A stretch of 64,000 bases of DNA, taken from the sequence record SRR31156797_535; one strand, given 5' to 3'. Each line of letters starts with the position of its first letter. The first letter of the stretch is position 1. This document shows, piece after piece, positions 8,355-19,293 of the stretch. Made by a program: the position numbers and the translations under genes. The notes under the pieces were generated by a model, which was given only the letters and a program-made list of their open reading frames with translations, did no database searches and was not told the origin of the DNA.

Positions 8355-9800
8355 TTAATCTGAAAAGACTATCTTGTTTCTTCCGCTCTCTTTCGCATCG
8401 TAGAGAGCTTTATCAGCTTTTGTAAATACACGCTGAATGCTCAGCCCATCCTTCGCTCCGGAGATACCAATGGAGCATGTCACCTTTCCAACCGTAGGAA
8501 ATTGCGCTGATTCCACCTTGTCCTTTATAAACTCTGCTACCTGAACGGAATTATCGAGTGTTGTACTGGCGCAAACCACAACAAATTCTTCCCCGCCCCA
8601 TCTCGCAACATAGTCAGTCTTTCTTATATTATCACTGAGTAGTTTAGCAAAAAGTGCTAATGTATCATCACCCACATCATGACCATGAGTGTCGTTCACG
8701 CTTTTAAAGTGATCTATATCTATAATAAGCAGAGAGTAAGGTGTGCTGTATCTTCTAAAGAGCTCGTCCTGCTTATCAAGTACCTCTCTGATACTGCGCC
8801 TGTTAAACAGACCTGTCAGCTCGTCAGTGTTTGCCTGCTTTTCGATCTCCATCTTCCTTGTGATGTCCTCACAGACAAGCATAATCCCTCCCTTATCTGA
8901 GCGGATAACACAGTTTAGCCAGTAGAACTCACCATCAGGTCTTTCGCACTTCAAAACTATGCTGCGATTACCGTCACAACTACTTACCTTCTCTAAATCT
9001 TCACAGGAATTTTCAGCAGTAATTTTATCAAGGTGCGAATAGACAAGCTTCTCAAGGGTATAGCCTGTAGTTTTGCAGGCGGCAGAAGTCGCATAGGTTA
9101 TCACACAGCTGCCATCAAGCTTAAAGATAATCACGTTATCATCGATAATATCGTTATACTGCTTCAGCTCATCGAGGATATTTACAATATTTGAGTTCAG
9201 CTTCTCAATTGAATGATCAAAGATACCGCATGCGGGTTCACTGCCGGAGCCGGTTTTGACCATCTCCGTTCTCTTATTTAATGGAAACAGAATAAACCTG
9301 TAAACAGCGTAAGTAACTAGGGCGAATGAGATACATAGCTCTAATATGAAAAGTACAAACAGAAGCCCGTTCCTATTGCCCAGATCATCTTCGTAAGCCT
9401 TTGAGTTGATCTCTAGGTATACACTGCCAATCTTTTTACCGTTATGAACTATATCCCTGCTCCCGCCGATAGTAATCTCACCGGAGCAGAAGGTATCTTT
9501 AGATTCGTAAGCAACCTTGTCTATTATCGCATCATAAACAACAACTTTTTTGACGTGCGGATGGTTGATATAGCTATCAGATATAGCCTTAATCTTATCC
9601 TCACGATAGTCCCATAGAGGCGCCGCAAGGGTGGATGCCAAAATCTCCAGCTTATACGCTTTTTCGAATGTCATGCTTTTAATGATTGTTTTCTCTTGAG
9701 AGTGAGATGTGTAGTACCACATAGCAACAACAGGCAGTGCCAGAGCGAGGAAGATACTAAAAAGGAGTGCGAATGTTGGTTTCCCGGGTCTACAGCTCAT
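8355..9800 (-). CDS. Membrane-bound diguanylate cyclase with PAS-like domain
   Basis: Two TM helices, DELTGLFNRR, DIDHFKSVND, and RKTD I-site before RWGGEEF. Confidence 0.9.
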   Translation of the reverse strand: MSCRPGKPTFALLFSIFLALALPVVAMWYYTSHSQEKTIIKSMTFEKAYKLEILASTLAAPLWDYREDKIKAISDSYINHPHVKKVVVYDAIIDKVAYESKDTFCSGEITIGGSRDIVHNGKKIGSVYLEINSKAYEDDLGNRNGLLFVLFILELCISFALVTYAVYRFILFPLNKRTEMVKTGSGSEPACGIFDHSIEKLNSNIVNILDELKQYNDIIDDNVIIFKLDGSCVITYATSAACKTTGYTLEKLVYSHLDKITAENSCEDLEKVSSCDGNRSIVLKCERPDGEFYWLNCVIRSDKGGIMLVCEDITRKMEIEKQANTDELTGLFNRRSIREVLDKQDELFRRYSTPYSLLIIDIDHFKSVNDTHGHDVGDDTLALFAKLLSDNIRKTDYVARWGGEEFVVVCASTTLDNSVQVAEFIKDKVESAQFPTVGKVTCSIGISGAKDGLSIQRVFTKADKALYDAKESGRNKIVFSD

Positions 9801-10563
9801 TGTAGTTAAACTTTATATTAAAGTCGCCCTCAGCATCACTGAGTCCTTTTTTGATCAGCTTATTCAGCGAACCGTCAGAGCGCATACTTTCAAGCGCACC
9901 GCTCCATTTAGTTATAACAGCATCCGGAGTATCTTTTGAGAAAGCTATATAGAGTTTTCCTGTCCCTGCCCGTACCGGAGTTTTTTCAAAAAGCTCAGCA
10001 TCAAGTCCGTATTTTTTTGCCCTGACTGGAATATTATACGGCGATGCGATGATCAGCTCTATCCGTTTAAATGCGAGCCCCCTGTAGTAAGCTTCAGTAT
10101 TTTCGAGCGGGATGATATTTTTATACCCTTCTTTTATAAAATTTGAGTGAATATTAGAGTTTTCACGTACTCCGACTACAAAATTATTCTTAATATCGTC
10201 TACATTCTTCGGAGTTCTGTCAGCATTTCTATTTTTAAAGAAAGAGCCTTTAATGAGAGCAACAGGACCAACCCACTTAAAGAATGGTGTTCTTATATCT
10301 GTCTTCGCCATGCTGAAAAGTATCTTGCCTGATTCATTTTTCACCATACTGTACGCTCTGTTCCACGAATAAAGATGAACAGGTTCGCTCCACCCTATCC
10401 TCTTCTGAATCTCAGATACAACACCGGAAACTATACCCCTCGGCTCACCATCTTTCATATAGTTGAAAGGGGGATAATTCTCTGTCATTATTTCATATTT
10501 ATCTGAAGCAGAAGCACTGAGAAACGTGATCATAAGAACAATAACTAGTAATAATTTCTTCAC
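9790..10563 (-). CDS. Periplasmic substrate-binding protein (family 3)
   Basis: Signal peptide (GTG start inferred), TENYPPFNY, SWNRAY and FKWVGP; overlaps the DGC start. Confidence 0.85.
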   Translation of the reverse strand: MKKLLLVIVLMITFLSASASDKYEIMTENYPPFNYMKDGEPRGIVSGVVSEIQKRIGWSEPVHLYSWNRAYSMVKNESGKILFSMAKTDIRTPFFKWVGPVALIKGSFFKNRNADRTPKNVDDIKNNFVVGVRENSNIHSNFIKEGYKNIIPLENTEAYYRGLAFKRIELIIASPYNIPVRAKKYGLDAELFEKTPVRAGTGKLYIAFSKDTPDAVITKWSGALESMRSDGSLNKLIKKGLSDAEGDFNIKFNYNEL

Positions 10564-10732
10564 CGCAGCACCTTTCACAAATAAGTGAGACATTATAGCA
10601 CCTGATTATTATTTAATCAAAAAAAATTGAAGAAACCCGCACTCCCATTTAGTTGCAATACGGAACTATATTTATTACTCACATGAAATAAATACTACAC
10701 TAAACTTTTTACCGAAAACAGACCTCTACTGC

Positions 10733-10761
10733 TTGCCAGTAGGTCATTTCTTTGATATCTT
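10733..10761 (+). promoter_or_regulatory. sigma70 promoter, leaderless geometry for pheA
   Basis: TTGCCA-17bp-(TGa)TATCTT, 7 nt before ATG 10769; no SD. Confidence 0.55.
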
Positions 10762-10768
10762 AAGCCTC

Positions 10769-11839
10769 ATGAAAGAACTAGAACCACACAGAATAAACAT
10801 CGATAATATCGACGAAGAGATACTCGATCTTCTCAACAGAAGAGCGAAGGAAGCTATGGCTATCGGAGAGATCAAAAAAGCTGATGGTCAACCGCTTTAT
10901 GTCCCATCACGTGAGCGCAAAATTTTCGAAAGGCTTACAGCTAAAAATGAAGGACCTTTCCCTAATGATGCTCTGCGTGGGGTTTTCAGAGAGATCATCT
11001 CCGCATCACTCTCGCTGGAAGAGGTGCAAAAGGTTGGATATCTCGGACCAGAGGGGACATTTACAAACCTGGCCGCACTTAAACAGTTTGGTCTTTCGGC
11101 GGAGCTTGTGCCTGTTCGCACTATTCCAGAGGTGTTTGACAATGTCGAGCGGGGAAGGCTCGGCTTCGGTATTGTTCCGGTTGAAAACTCTCTTGAGGGC
11201 GTAGTCAACCACACTCTCGACACCTTTGTCACCAGCCACCTGAAGATCAGCGGTGAGATATTCATCGAAGTTAACCACAACCTGATGAACAAATCCGGTA
11301 AACCGCAGGATATCGAGCGCATCTATTCTCATACTCAGGCACTCGGTCAATGCCGTAAGTGGCTAGCGGAAAATATGACCGGAATACCTGTGCAGGAAGT
11401 TGATTCCACAGCAAAAGCCGCCGAAATAGCAGCTCAGGATGAGTCCGCAGCAGCAATCGCAAGTGAGATGGCTGTGATGAAATATTCACTCCGCTATGTT
11501 GAAAAGAGCATCGAAGATAACTCCAGCAACTTTACTAGATTCCTGATTATTGGTGACTTTGAACCGTTACCGACAGGTAATGACAAGACATCCATAGTTT
11601 TTGCGGCGGCGCATAGAGCTGGTTCACTTCACGAAGTGCTCTCAGTATTCGCTAAAAACGGCATAAATATGACAAAGATTGAATCACGTCCATCAAGGCA
11701 GAAAGCTTGGGAATACGTTTTCTTCGTTGACCTCGACGGACATAAAGACGACGACAAAGTGAAAGAGGCGCTCGACGATCTCGTAGAGCACACAGCATTT
11801 GTTAAGGTGCTTGGCTCTTTCCCTAAAGGAGAAAAATGA
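10769..11839 (+). CDS. pheA: Chorismate mutase/prephenate dehydratase (P-protein)
   Basis: N-terminal CM2 (RINIDNIDEEILDLLNRR), YLGPEGTF, PVENS, NFTRF and ACT-domain IESRPS. Confidence 0.95.
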   Translation: MKELEPHRINIDNIDEEILDLLNRRAKEAMAIGEIKKADGQPLYVPSRERKIFERLTAKNEGPFPNDALRGVFREIISASLSLEEVQKVGYLGPEGTFTNLAALKQFGLSAELVPVRTIPEVFDNVERGRLGFGIVPVENSLEGVVNHTLDTFVTSHLKISGEIFIEVNHNLMNKSGKPQDIERIYSHTQALGQCRKWLAENMTGIPVQEVDSTAKAAEIAAQDESAAAIASEMAVMKYSLRYVEKSIEDNSSNFTRFLIIGDFEPLPTGNDKTSIVFAAAHRAGSLHEVLSVFAKNGINMTKIESRPSRQKAWEYVFFVDLDGHKDDDKVKEALDDLVEHTAFVKVLGSFPKGEK

Positions 11840-12930
11840 TGATAGATTACAAGAAACTCGCAGGTCAGAACATTGTTGACCTCATTCCATACAAGCCGGG
11901 AAAGCCTATTAAAGAGCTCGAGCGAGAGCTGGGCATAACCGATTCTGTTAAGCTCGCTTCCAATGAAAACCCTATCGGTTGCTCACCAAGAGCGAAAGAT
12001 GCGGTAACTGAGCTTTTCGATGAGATATCAAGATATCCGCTCGGAGATGCTTTCTACCTCAGAGAAGTTGTAGCAGATTACTACGATATCTCCGGCGACC
12101 GCCTCCTTTTCGGTACAGGCTCTAACGAAATTATCGAGCTTGCTATCCGCACTTTCCTCTCAGAAGGAGAGCATGTGCTTAGCCCTGCGCCATCATTCTC
12201 TGTATACGGGATAATCTCACAAGCCGCCGGCAAAGGTTGCAAGTGGGTTCCTGTTGGTGACGGATTCAAATTCGACTTCGATGCACTCGCTGAAGCGATA
12301 GATGATAAGACACGTATGATCTTCCTCGCTAATCCGAATAACCCTACCGGTGAGTTTTTCACTCAGGCGGAGCTGGACGGATTTATGAAGAAAGTTCCAT
12401 CTGATGTGATAGTTATCATGGACGAAGCGTACATCGAATACGCTGATGCCCCTGATTTCCCTGACACACTTCAGATGCTCGATACATACAAAAACATGTT
12501 CCTCATGAGAACATTTTCCAAAGCTTACGGTCTTGCCGCACTCCGTGTCGGCTACGTTATCGCCTGCGAAGAGGCTATCGACCTTATGAACCGTGTACGC
12601 CAGCCTTTCAACACAAACATGGCAGCACAGGTAGCCGCTAAAGCAGCTATGAAAGATCAGGATCACCTTAAAACTGTAATCGCAGTGAACAAAGCCGGTA
12701 AAGAATACCTCTACGGTGAATTTGAAAAGCTCGGACTTAAGTATGTGCCGACTCAGGCTAATTTCATACTTGTAAATGTTAAAAACGGGGAAAAAGTGTT
12801 CGACGAACTTCTTAAAGAGGGAGTTATCGTTCGCTATCTCGGACCTGGGCTTGCTGAATGGATAAGGGTTTCCATCGGTACTAAAAAAGAGAACGAAATT
12901 TTTATAGAGAAACTTCAAAAGGTGCTCTAA
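11836..12930 (+). CDS. hisC: Histidinol-phosphate/aromatic aminotransferase
   Basis: KLASNENP, NPNNPTG, DEAY and RTFSKAYGLAALRVGY. Confidence 0.93.
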   Translation: MMIDYKKLAGQNIVDLIPYKPGKPIKELERELGITDSVKLASNENPIGCSPRAKDAVTELFDEISRYPLGDAFYLREVVADYYDISGDRLLFGTGSNEIIELAIRTFLSEGEHVLSPAPSFSVYGIISQAAGKGCKWVPVGDGFKFDFDALAEAIDDKTRMIFLANPNNPTGEFFTQAELDGFMKKVPSDVIVIMDEAYIEYADAPDFPDTLQMLDTYKNMFLMRTFSKAYGLAALRVGYVIACEEAIDLMNRVRQPFNTNMAAQVAAKAAMKDQDHLKTVIAVNKAGKEYLYGEFEKLGLKYVPTQANFILVNVKNGEKVFDELLKEGVIVRYLGPGLAEWIRVSIGTKKENEIFIEKLQKVL

Positions 12931-12951
12931 GCACTTAAAGGAAACATACAG

Positions 12952-13971
12952 ATGATCATTGTATTTAAAAAGAACAGTGAAAAAGAAAATGTTCAGACCG
13001 TCGAGAAGAAACTTATCGAATACGGCTTCAAAGTGAACGTATCCGATGACGAAGACGGTATCATTATAAGAGCGATCGGCGACGAATCTGCGCTTAGGGA
13101 TAAACCTTTATCATCCTTTCCGGGTGTTGAAAAGATCGTCCCAATAGTAAAGCCTTTTAAGCTTGTGAGCAAAGACTTCCAGAAGGAAGATACAGTCATC
13201 GACATAAAAGGAATCAAGATGGGCGGCGAAAATGTCGCTGTTATGGCTGGTCCTTGCTCAGTTGAAGGGCGTGAAATGCTCTTTCATCTCGCTGAGCGGG
13301 CTAGTAAAGCGGGAGCGAAAATCCTCCGTGGCGGTGCTTTCAAACCCCGTACATCTCCATACGCCTTTCAGGGGCTAGGTGAAGAAGGGCTCAAATACCT
13401 CAGAGAAGCGGCTGATGCTAACGGCATGATTGTCATCACTGAGCTTATGGACCCGAGAGACATCGATTTAATATGCAAATACACAGACATCATACAGATA
13501 GGCGCACGTAATATGCAGAATTTCCGTCTGCTCCGTGACCTCGGCTCTCTCGATAAGCCTGTTATGCTTAAGCGTGGACTTTGCGCAACTATAAAAGAGT
13601 TCCTCATGGCTGCTGAATATGTAGCATCCGGCGGAAACACAGACATTATCCTCTGTGAAAGAGGTATCAGAACCTTCGAAACAGAGACAAGAAACACACT
13701 CGATCTATCGGCTATTCCGGTTCTTAAAAGTCTGACACATTTACCTGTTGTGGCTGACCCATCACACGGAACAGGGCGCAGAGACTGCATCCTCCCTATG
13801 TCGCAGGCGGCAATCGCTGCCGGTGCTGACGGCATCATGGTTGAGATCCACAACTGTCCGGAAGAGGCTATGAGTGACGGCGACCAGTCTATACTCCCTG
13901 ATGATTTCGACACCCTTATGGGCAGAATCGACATCATCGCAAACACCATCGGTAAGAAATTAAACAGATGA
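12952..13971 (+). CDS. aroF: DAHP synthase (type I-beta)
   Basis: MAGPCSVE, RGGAFKPRTSPY, IGARNMQN and DPSHGTG. Confidence 0.93.
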   Translation: MIIVFKKNSEKENVQTVEKKLIEYGFKVNVSDDEDGIIIRAIGDESALRDKPLSSFPGVEKIVPIVKPFKLVSKDFQKEDTVIDIKGIKMGGENVAVMAGPCSVEGREMLFHLAERASKAGAKILRGGAFKPRTSPYAFQGLGEEGLKYLREAADANGMIVITELMDPRDIDLICKYTDIIQIGARNMQNFRLLRDLGSLDKPVMLKRGLCATIKEFLMAAEYVASGGNTDIILCERGIRTFETETRNTLDLSAIPVLKSLTHLPVVADPSHGTGRRDCILPMSQAAIAAGADGIMVEIHNCPEEAMSDGDQSILPDDFDTLMGRIDIIANTIGKKLNR

Positions 13972-14795
13972 TGTTCAAACATGTAGCATTCGCAGGACTA
14001 GGTCTGATCGGCGGTTCCCTCGCTCTCTCATTTGCTGAGCAAGGGGTGAAACTAAGTGCATATGACTCAAACAGGGAAACCCTCACCGATGCGATGGCAA
14101 CAGGGCTTTTTGAGTATGCCACTGACGATATTGACGAGCTTCTGTCATTAGATTTCGATCTGCTTTATATATGTCTCCCTGTACGCACAGCTTGCGAGTT
14201 TATCGCAGAGCTCGGCAAGCGTGGTTTCGACAGAACCGTCACCGATGCTGGCAGCACTAAGGTTGATGTTGTAGAAGCGGCGGAAAAAGCTGGAATTATC
14301 TTCTGCGGCGGTCACCCTATCGCCGGAAAAGAGCTTTCGGGGTTCAAAAACGCTAGAAAGGGCATCTTCAAGGATGCTTATCACATATTAACACCTACAT
14401 GTCCAGGCTTTGATATTGAGCCATTTATAGAGCTTCACGAAGCTATCGGTATGCAGGTACATGTTATGGATGCAAAAAAACACGACACAACTTTCGGTCT
14501 GGTCAGTCACCTCCCCCACATAACAGCATTCTCTATGGTGCAGACTGTCTCCGCTGTGGATATTGATGCACTTAACTATACTGGTGCGGGGTTTAAAGAT
14601 TTTTCACGAATCGCCGCCAGTGACCCTCGGATGTGGACAGATATCTTCCTCGAAAATGATACAAACATGATAGAGCTGATAGACAGCTACATCGCCGAAA
14701 TGGAACGCTGGAAGAAAGCTATCCAGAACTCGGACGAAAAAGAGATGTACAGCATGATAGAACATGCCGCAGAGATCAGGAGAAGGCTCTCATGA
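13968..14795 (+). CDS. tyrA: Prephenate/arogenate dehydrogenase
   Basis: GLGLIGGS, DAGSTK, GGHPIAG, SHLPH and RIAASDP. Confidence 0.93.
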   Translation: MMFKHVAFAGLGLIGGSLALSFAEQGVKLSAYDSNRETLTDAMATGLFEYATDDIDELLSLDFDLLYICLPVRTACEFIAELGKRGFDRTVTDAGSTKVDVVEAAEKAGIIFCGGHPIAGKELSGFKNARKGIFKDAYHILTPTCPGFDIEPFIELHEAIGMQVHVMDAKKHDTTFGLVSHLPHITAFSMVQTVSAVDIDALNYTGAGFKDFSRIAASDPRMWTDIFLENDTNMIELIDSYIAEMERWKKAIQNSDEKEMYSMIEHAAEIRRRLS

Positions 14796-16072
14796 ATAAG
14801 TTTGATTTAGTAAAAAGCATTAAAGGGACAGTTCGTGTTCCATCAGATAAATCCATCAGCCACAGATCATTTATGTTCCTCGCTATGGCTAAAGGGCAAG
14901 GTCGTGTTATAGACCCGCTCCTCTCTGCTGATACAAAGGCGACAATGGCTGCCATGCGTGCTGTAGGCGTTCAGTTTGAAGAGAATGCAAACGGATTTAC
15001 AGTGACATCCGAAGGGTATCAGAACTTTAAAGAGCCGGAAGATATCATCGACTGCATGAACTCCGGAACAACGGCAAGACTTCTCACAGGTGTTTTCGCA
15101 CCTACTAATAAATATTACGTCATGACAGGCGACGGTTCACTCCGCAAACGCCCGATGGACAGAGTTATCGACCCTCTCACCCAGATGGGTGCGAAATTCT
15201 CCGCCAGAAATGACGGACATAACCTACCGCTCACCATCATGCCCTCTGTCACAAAACCTGTTGATATGATGGCGACAACAAAAAGTGCGCAGGTTAAATC
15301 TGCAATCCTCCTCGCTGGTGTGCAGACAGAAGGCATAACAACCTATACAGAGAAAGCTATCACCAGAAACCACACAGAGATAATGCTCTCCGCACTCGGC
15401 GCAAAAGTCGAGGTTGACGGGCTTAAGATCAGTGTGGAGGGTGCGGCTGACCTACGCAGTATGGATATTGTTGTGCCTGGAGATTTCTCTTCGGCGGCAT
15501 TTTTCCTCGGCGGAGCACTCATGTTCGAAAACTCAGAGCTCACACTTGAGAATGTCGGGCTCAACCCGACCAGAAGCGGAATGCTCAGTGCGCTCAGTGA
15601 TATGGGTGTTAAATACGAAATCGAAAATGAACGTGGTGACGCTGAGAAACTCGGCGACATCTGTATAAACTCACAGTCCTTCAACGGATGCACAATCGAA
15701 GGCGACATTATCGCCAACATGATAGACGAGCTCCCTATGGCTGCGACACTCGGTCTTTTTGCAAACTCGCCTATGACGATCAGAGGCGCAAAGGAGCTCC
15801 GTGTTAAAGAATCTGACAGGATAGAGGCTACACTTTATAATCTCCGCCAGCTCGGTGCTGATGTTGAAGAGTATGAAGATGGAATGAAAGTCTGCCCGAT
15901 AAAGAGCGTAAACAGTGACGCTAAGCTTAAGTCTTTCGGAGACCATAGAATTGCTATGATAGCTATCATGCTCGCTAAGAAATTCGGTGGCAACATAACC
16001 GTGGACGATGTAAACTGTGTCGATGTCTCCTTCCCGACATTTATGGAGACTTTCAAGGAGCTTGAGCAATGA
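14792..16072 (+). CDS. aroA: EPSP synthase
   Basis: DKSISHR, NSGTTARL, SAQVKSA, LRVKESDRI and DHRIAM. Confidence 0.95.
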   Translation: MNKFDLVKSIKGTVRVPSDKSISHRSFMFLAMAKGQGRVIDPLLSADTKATMAAMRAVGVQFEENANGFTVTSEGYQNFKEPEDIIDCMNSGTTARLLTGVFAPTNKYYVMTGDGSLRKRPMDRVIDPLTQMGAKFSARNDGHNLPLTIMPSVTKPVDMMATTKSAQVKSAILLAGVQTEGITTYTEKAITRNHTEIMLSALGAKVEVDGLKISVEGAADLRSMDIVVPGDFSSAAFFLGGALMFENSELTLENVGLNPTRSGMLSALSDMGVKYEIENERGDAEKLGDICINSQSFNGCTIEGDIIANMIDELPMAATLGLFANSPMTIRGAKELRVKESDRIEATLYNLRQLGADVEEYEDGMKVCPIKSVNSDAKLKSFGDHRIAMIAIMLAKKFGGNITVDDVNCVDVSFPTFMETFKELEQ

Positions 16073-16716
16073 TTATAGCTGTTGACGGACCCGCAGGAAG
16101 CGGAAAAAGCACAGTAAGCAAAGAGGTCGCAAAAAGGCTCGGAATAACTTTTCTCGATTCCGGTGCACTCTACCGAACCTGTGCATACATCAAGCTTTCA
16201 CAGGGTATAAGCTACAATAAGCTTATTGACGTAGCAAGTGAGTCTATAATGTATTTCGGCAAAAACGGCGAGCTTTTCCTCACCATTAACGACAACACCG
16301 AAGAGGTAAGCGGAAAGATCAGAACACCTGAGATCGCTGAAGAGGTTCCAAAAGTCGCTGCTCTCCCCGAGATCAGACAGATTGTAACACGCCAGCTTCG
16401 TGAGATGTCTGTCATAGATGATGTCATAATGGACGGACGTGACATAGGCACATGTGTCTTTCCTGATGCTGATTATAAATTCTTCCTCATTGCCTCATCA
16501 GAAGAGAGAGCGATGCGAAGACTGAAGGATTACGAAGAGCAGGGGATCAAAGCAAACCTTGAGGAAATGATCAAAGAAATCGATGAAAGAGACCAACAGG
16601 ACATGGAAAGGGAGCACGCACCACTGAAAAAAGCGGAAGATGCGATAGAAATAGATACAACGAGCTTGACAATAGAACAAGTTATATCAATAATAACCTC
16701 GGAAGCAAATAACTGA
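16069..16716 (+). CDS. cmk: Cytidylate kinase
   Basis: AVDGPAGSGKST, LDSGALYR and DGRDIGT. Confidence 0.95.
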   Translation: MIIAVDGPAGSGKSTVSKEVAKRLGITFLDSGALYRTCAYIKLSQGISYNKLIDVASESIMYFGKNGELFLTINDNTEEVSGKIRTPEIAEEVPKVAALPEIRQIVTRQLREMSVIDDVIMDGRDIGTCVFPDADYKFFLIASSEERAMRRLKDYEEQGIKANLEEMIKEIDERDQQDMEREHAPLKKAEDAIEIDTTSLTIEQVISIITSEANN

Positions 16717-16764
16717 GCGAAACAGCTCGGTTGCCCATAAATTAATTTTATGGTAGGAGCAACA

Positions 16765-19293
16765 GTGGAAATTATCATTGCTGATCACGCCGGCTTTTGT
16801 TTCGGTGTGGAGCGAGCCGTCAGCCTCGTTGAGGACACTTCTAAGAAGAACGATGGGGTTTACACCCTAGGTCCTATCATTCATAACCCTCAGATAGTTA
16901 GTAAGTTTGCTGATCAGGGCGTAGGCGTATGCAACACACCTGATGAAGTTAACGAAACAAACACTGTAGTTGTACGCTCACACGGCATAACTAAACAAAC
17001 CTATGCTCAGCTCGAAGAGAAAAAGGTCAACACTGTCGATGCCACATGCCCTTTTGTTAAAAAAGCGCAAAATAGTGCCCGGAAATTAGGCGATGACGGA
17101 GCTGTCGTTATAGTTTACGGCGAAAAAGATCATCCGGAAGTAAAAAGTATTGTTAGTTTCATAGATTCCAGCTATATAATAGTCTCTGATATTAATGAAG
17201 TCGAAGCTCTCGATTTTAATGAAAAATACGCTCTGGTGGCACAAACCACACAAAATTCGGAATCATTTGACAAAATTGCGGAAATCCTTAAAACTAAGTG
17301 TGACGAGCTCACAATTAATAATACTATATGTAACGCAACCAGCCTCAGACAAGCTTCTGCTATTGATTTAGCGAAGAAAGTTGATATTATGCTTGTGATT
17401 GGCGGTAAAAACAGCGGGAACACAACCCGTTTGTATGAAATTTGTAAAGAAATATGTAGCGATACATACCATATAGAAACTAAAAACGAATTAAATAAAG
17501 AGATATTCGATGAAAACCGGAAGGTTGGCATCACAGCAGGGGCCAGTACCCCCGGTTTTCTAGTTGATGAAGTTATCGAATTTCTAAAAGAGGTCAGTAT
17601 GAGTAGTAATAACAACAGCGGTGGAGAGAACATGCAGATGGAAGATTTCGAGGCAATGCTCGAAGAATCTTTCCAGCAGCCGGAGAAAAACTCTGTCGTG
17701 CAGGGAACAGTTGCACAAATTAATGAGAACGATGTGCTTGTAAACATCGGTTTCAAAACTGAAGGTGTTGTTCCGAAAGTAGAGTTTTTGAAAGATGGTG
17801 AAGTCACTATTAAAGTTGGCGACGAAGTAGACGTTCTATTCATCGGAACAGCTGGTGGCGGTGGCTACGTTAAACTCTCCAGAAAAGCTATCGAGAAAGA
17901 AGCAGACTGGATAGAAGTTGAGAAAGCTCTCGAAGAAGAAACACCTATCATGGTTAAGATCACAGCAGTTGTGGACAAAGGCTTCACAGGTAAATGCGGT
18001 GAGATCGAGTGCTTTATCCCTGAAAATCACATAGATTTCAAAAACAGCACTATGGAACCACAAGAGTATGTTGGTGAAACATACGAGATCAAGGTTCTTA
18101 AAGCTAACAAAAAGCAGAGATCATTCCTCGCTTCCAGAAAGCTTCAGATGATCCAGTCTATAGAAAAAGAGAAGAAAGCTTTCTTTGAGAATATCGAAGA
18201 AGGTCAAATCCTCAAAGGTACAGTGAAGACTATTAAGCATTACGGTGCTTTCATGAACTTCGGCGCTGTTGACGGTTTCCTCCGTAAGAACAACATCGCT
18301 TGGGGCGTTGTTAAACACCCTAACCAGTACATCGAAGAGGGCGACGAGCTTGAGGTTAAGATACTCAACATCGATTTCGAAGAAGAGAAGCTTGAAGTTG
18401 GTCTTAAGCAGATGCAGGAAGACCCATGGGAAGCAGCAGAAGGCAAATTCCCTGAAGGTTCATCTGTTTCAGGTACAGTTGTAGCTCGTAAAAATAAGGG
18501 CTTCGTTATGGAAATCGAGCAGGGTATCGACGGATTTATCCCGCTTGAGGAAATCTCATGGCTCAGAAATGCAAGAATCGCTATCGAACCTAAAGACGCT
18601 GTCGAAGGTAAGGTTATCGGTATAGATGACGAGAAGAAGAAACTTATCATCTCTCTTAAGTCACTTCAGGAGAACCCTTGGGTAACTCTTAAAACTAAGC
18701 ACCCTGAAGGTTCCGCTGTGAAAGGTACTATCAAGTCTATCACTGACTTCGGTATCTTCGTAGACTTCGGTGAGTTCCTCGACGGACTTATCCGCAAGAA
18801 AGACATCAGCTGGACAGAAGAGCCTGCTAACCTCGAAGAACTCTACAAAGAGGGCGACGAAATTGATGCGAAAGTGCTCAAGATCGATGCTGAGAAAGAG
18901 AGAATCAGCCTCGGTGTTAAGCAGCTTGAGACAAACCCATGGCGTGAAGTTGGAAAGCTCCTCCCTAACGGAAAAGTAGTAGAAGTTAAAGTTCTCGCTG
19001 TTTCCAAAGAAGGTGTTGAAGTTGAGCTTCCTAGAGACATCATCGGATTTATCCCTGAAAACGAACTTGATATGGATAGAGTTGATCCTACTGAGAAATT
19101 CAAAGTGGACGATACTATCAAAGCTGTTGTTTTCAGAAACGATGCCAGAGAGAAGAAAATCCTTCTCTCCATCAGAAGATATATGCAGGATTCCGAAAAA
19201 CGTGAAGTTAAAGAGTACCTCAAGAAACTTGAGCAGTCTGATGACAGCACATTTTCACTCGGTAACATCCTCAAAGGCAAACTCGGAGACTAG
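16765..19293 (+). CDS. ispH-rpsA: Fused IspH (HMBPP reductase) / 30S ribosomal protein S1
   Basis: AGFCFGV, DATCPFV, TICNAT and GITAGASTP followed by six S1 repeats; GTG 16765 after GGAG. Confidence 0.92.
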   Translation: MEIIIADHAGFCFGVERAVSLVEDTSKKNDGVYTLGPIIHNPQIVSKFADQGVGVCNTPDEVNETNTVVVRSHGITKQTYAQLEEKKVNTVDATCPFVKKAQNSARKLGDDGAVVIVYGEKDHPEVKSIVSFIDSSYIIVSDINEVEALDFNEKYALVAQTTQNSESFDKIAEILKTKCDELTINNTICNATSLRQASAIDLAKKVDIMLVIGGKNSGNTTRLYEICKEICSDTYHIETKNELNKEIFDENRKVGITAGASTPGFLVDEVIEFLKEVSMSSNNNSGGENMQMEDFEAMLEESFQQPEKNSVVQGTVAQINENDVLVNIGFKTEGVVPKVEFLKDGEVTIKVGDEVDVLFIGTAGGGGYVKLSRKAIEKEADWIEVEKALEEETPIMVKITAVVDKGFTGKCGEIECFIPENHIDFKNSTMEPQEYVGETYEIKVLKANKKQRSFLASRKLQMIQSIEKEKKAFFENIEEGQILKGTVKTIKHYGAFMNFGAVDGFLRKNNIAWGVVKHPNQYIEEGDELEVKILNIDFEEEKLEVGLKQMQEDPWEAAEGKFPEGSSVSGTVVARKNKGFVMEIEQGIDGFIPLEEISWLRNARIAIEPKDAVEGKVIGIDDEKKKLIISLKSLQENPWVTLKTKHPEGSAVKGTIKSITDFGIFVDFGEFLDGLIRKKDISWTEEPANLEELYKEGDEIDAKVLKIDAEKERISLGVKQLETNPWREVGKLLPNGKVVEVKVLAVSKEGVEVELPRDIIGFIPENELDMDRVDPTEKFKVDDTIKAVVFRNDAREKKILLSIRRYMQDSEKREVKEYLKKLEQSDDSTFSLGNILKGKLGD

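Noticed and set aside
10564-10768. Attenuator or leader peptide upstream of pheA
   Set aside because: No Phe/Tyr-rich leader ORF or terminator was found, and the promoter geometry implies almost no leader.
17267-17295. TTGACA inside ispH as an internal rpsA promoter
   Set aside because: No convincing -10 hexamer at 16-18 bp spacing.
12217-19280. Long antisense ORFs (233, 204, 223 and 145 aa) in the aro-rpsA operon
   Set aside because: They fully overlap well-supported genes and have the Ser/Phe-rich composition typical of shadow frames.
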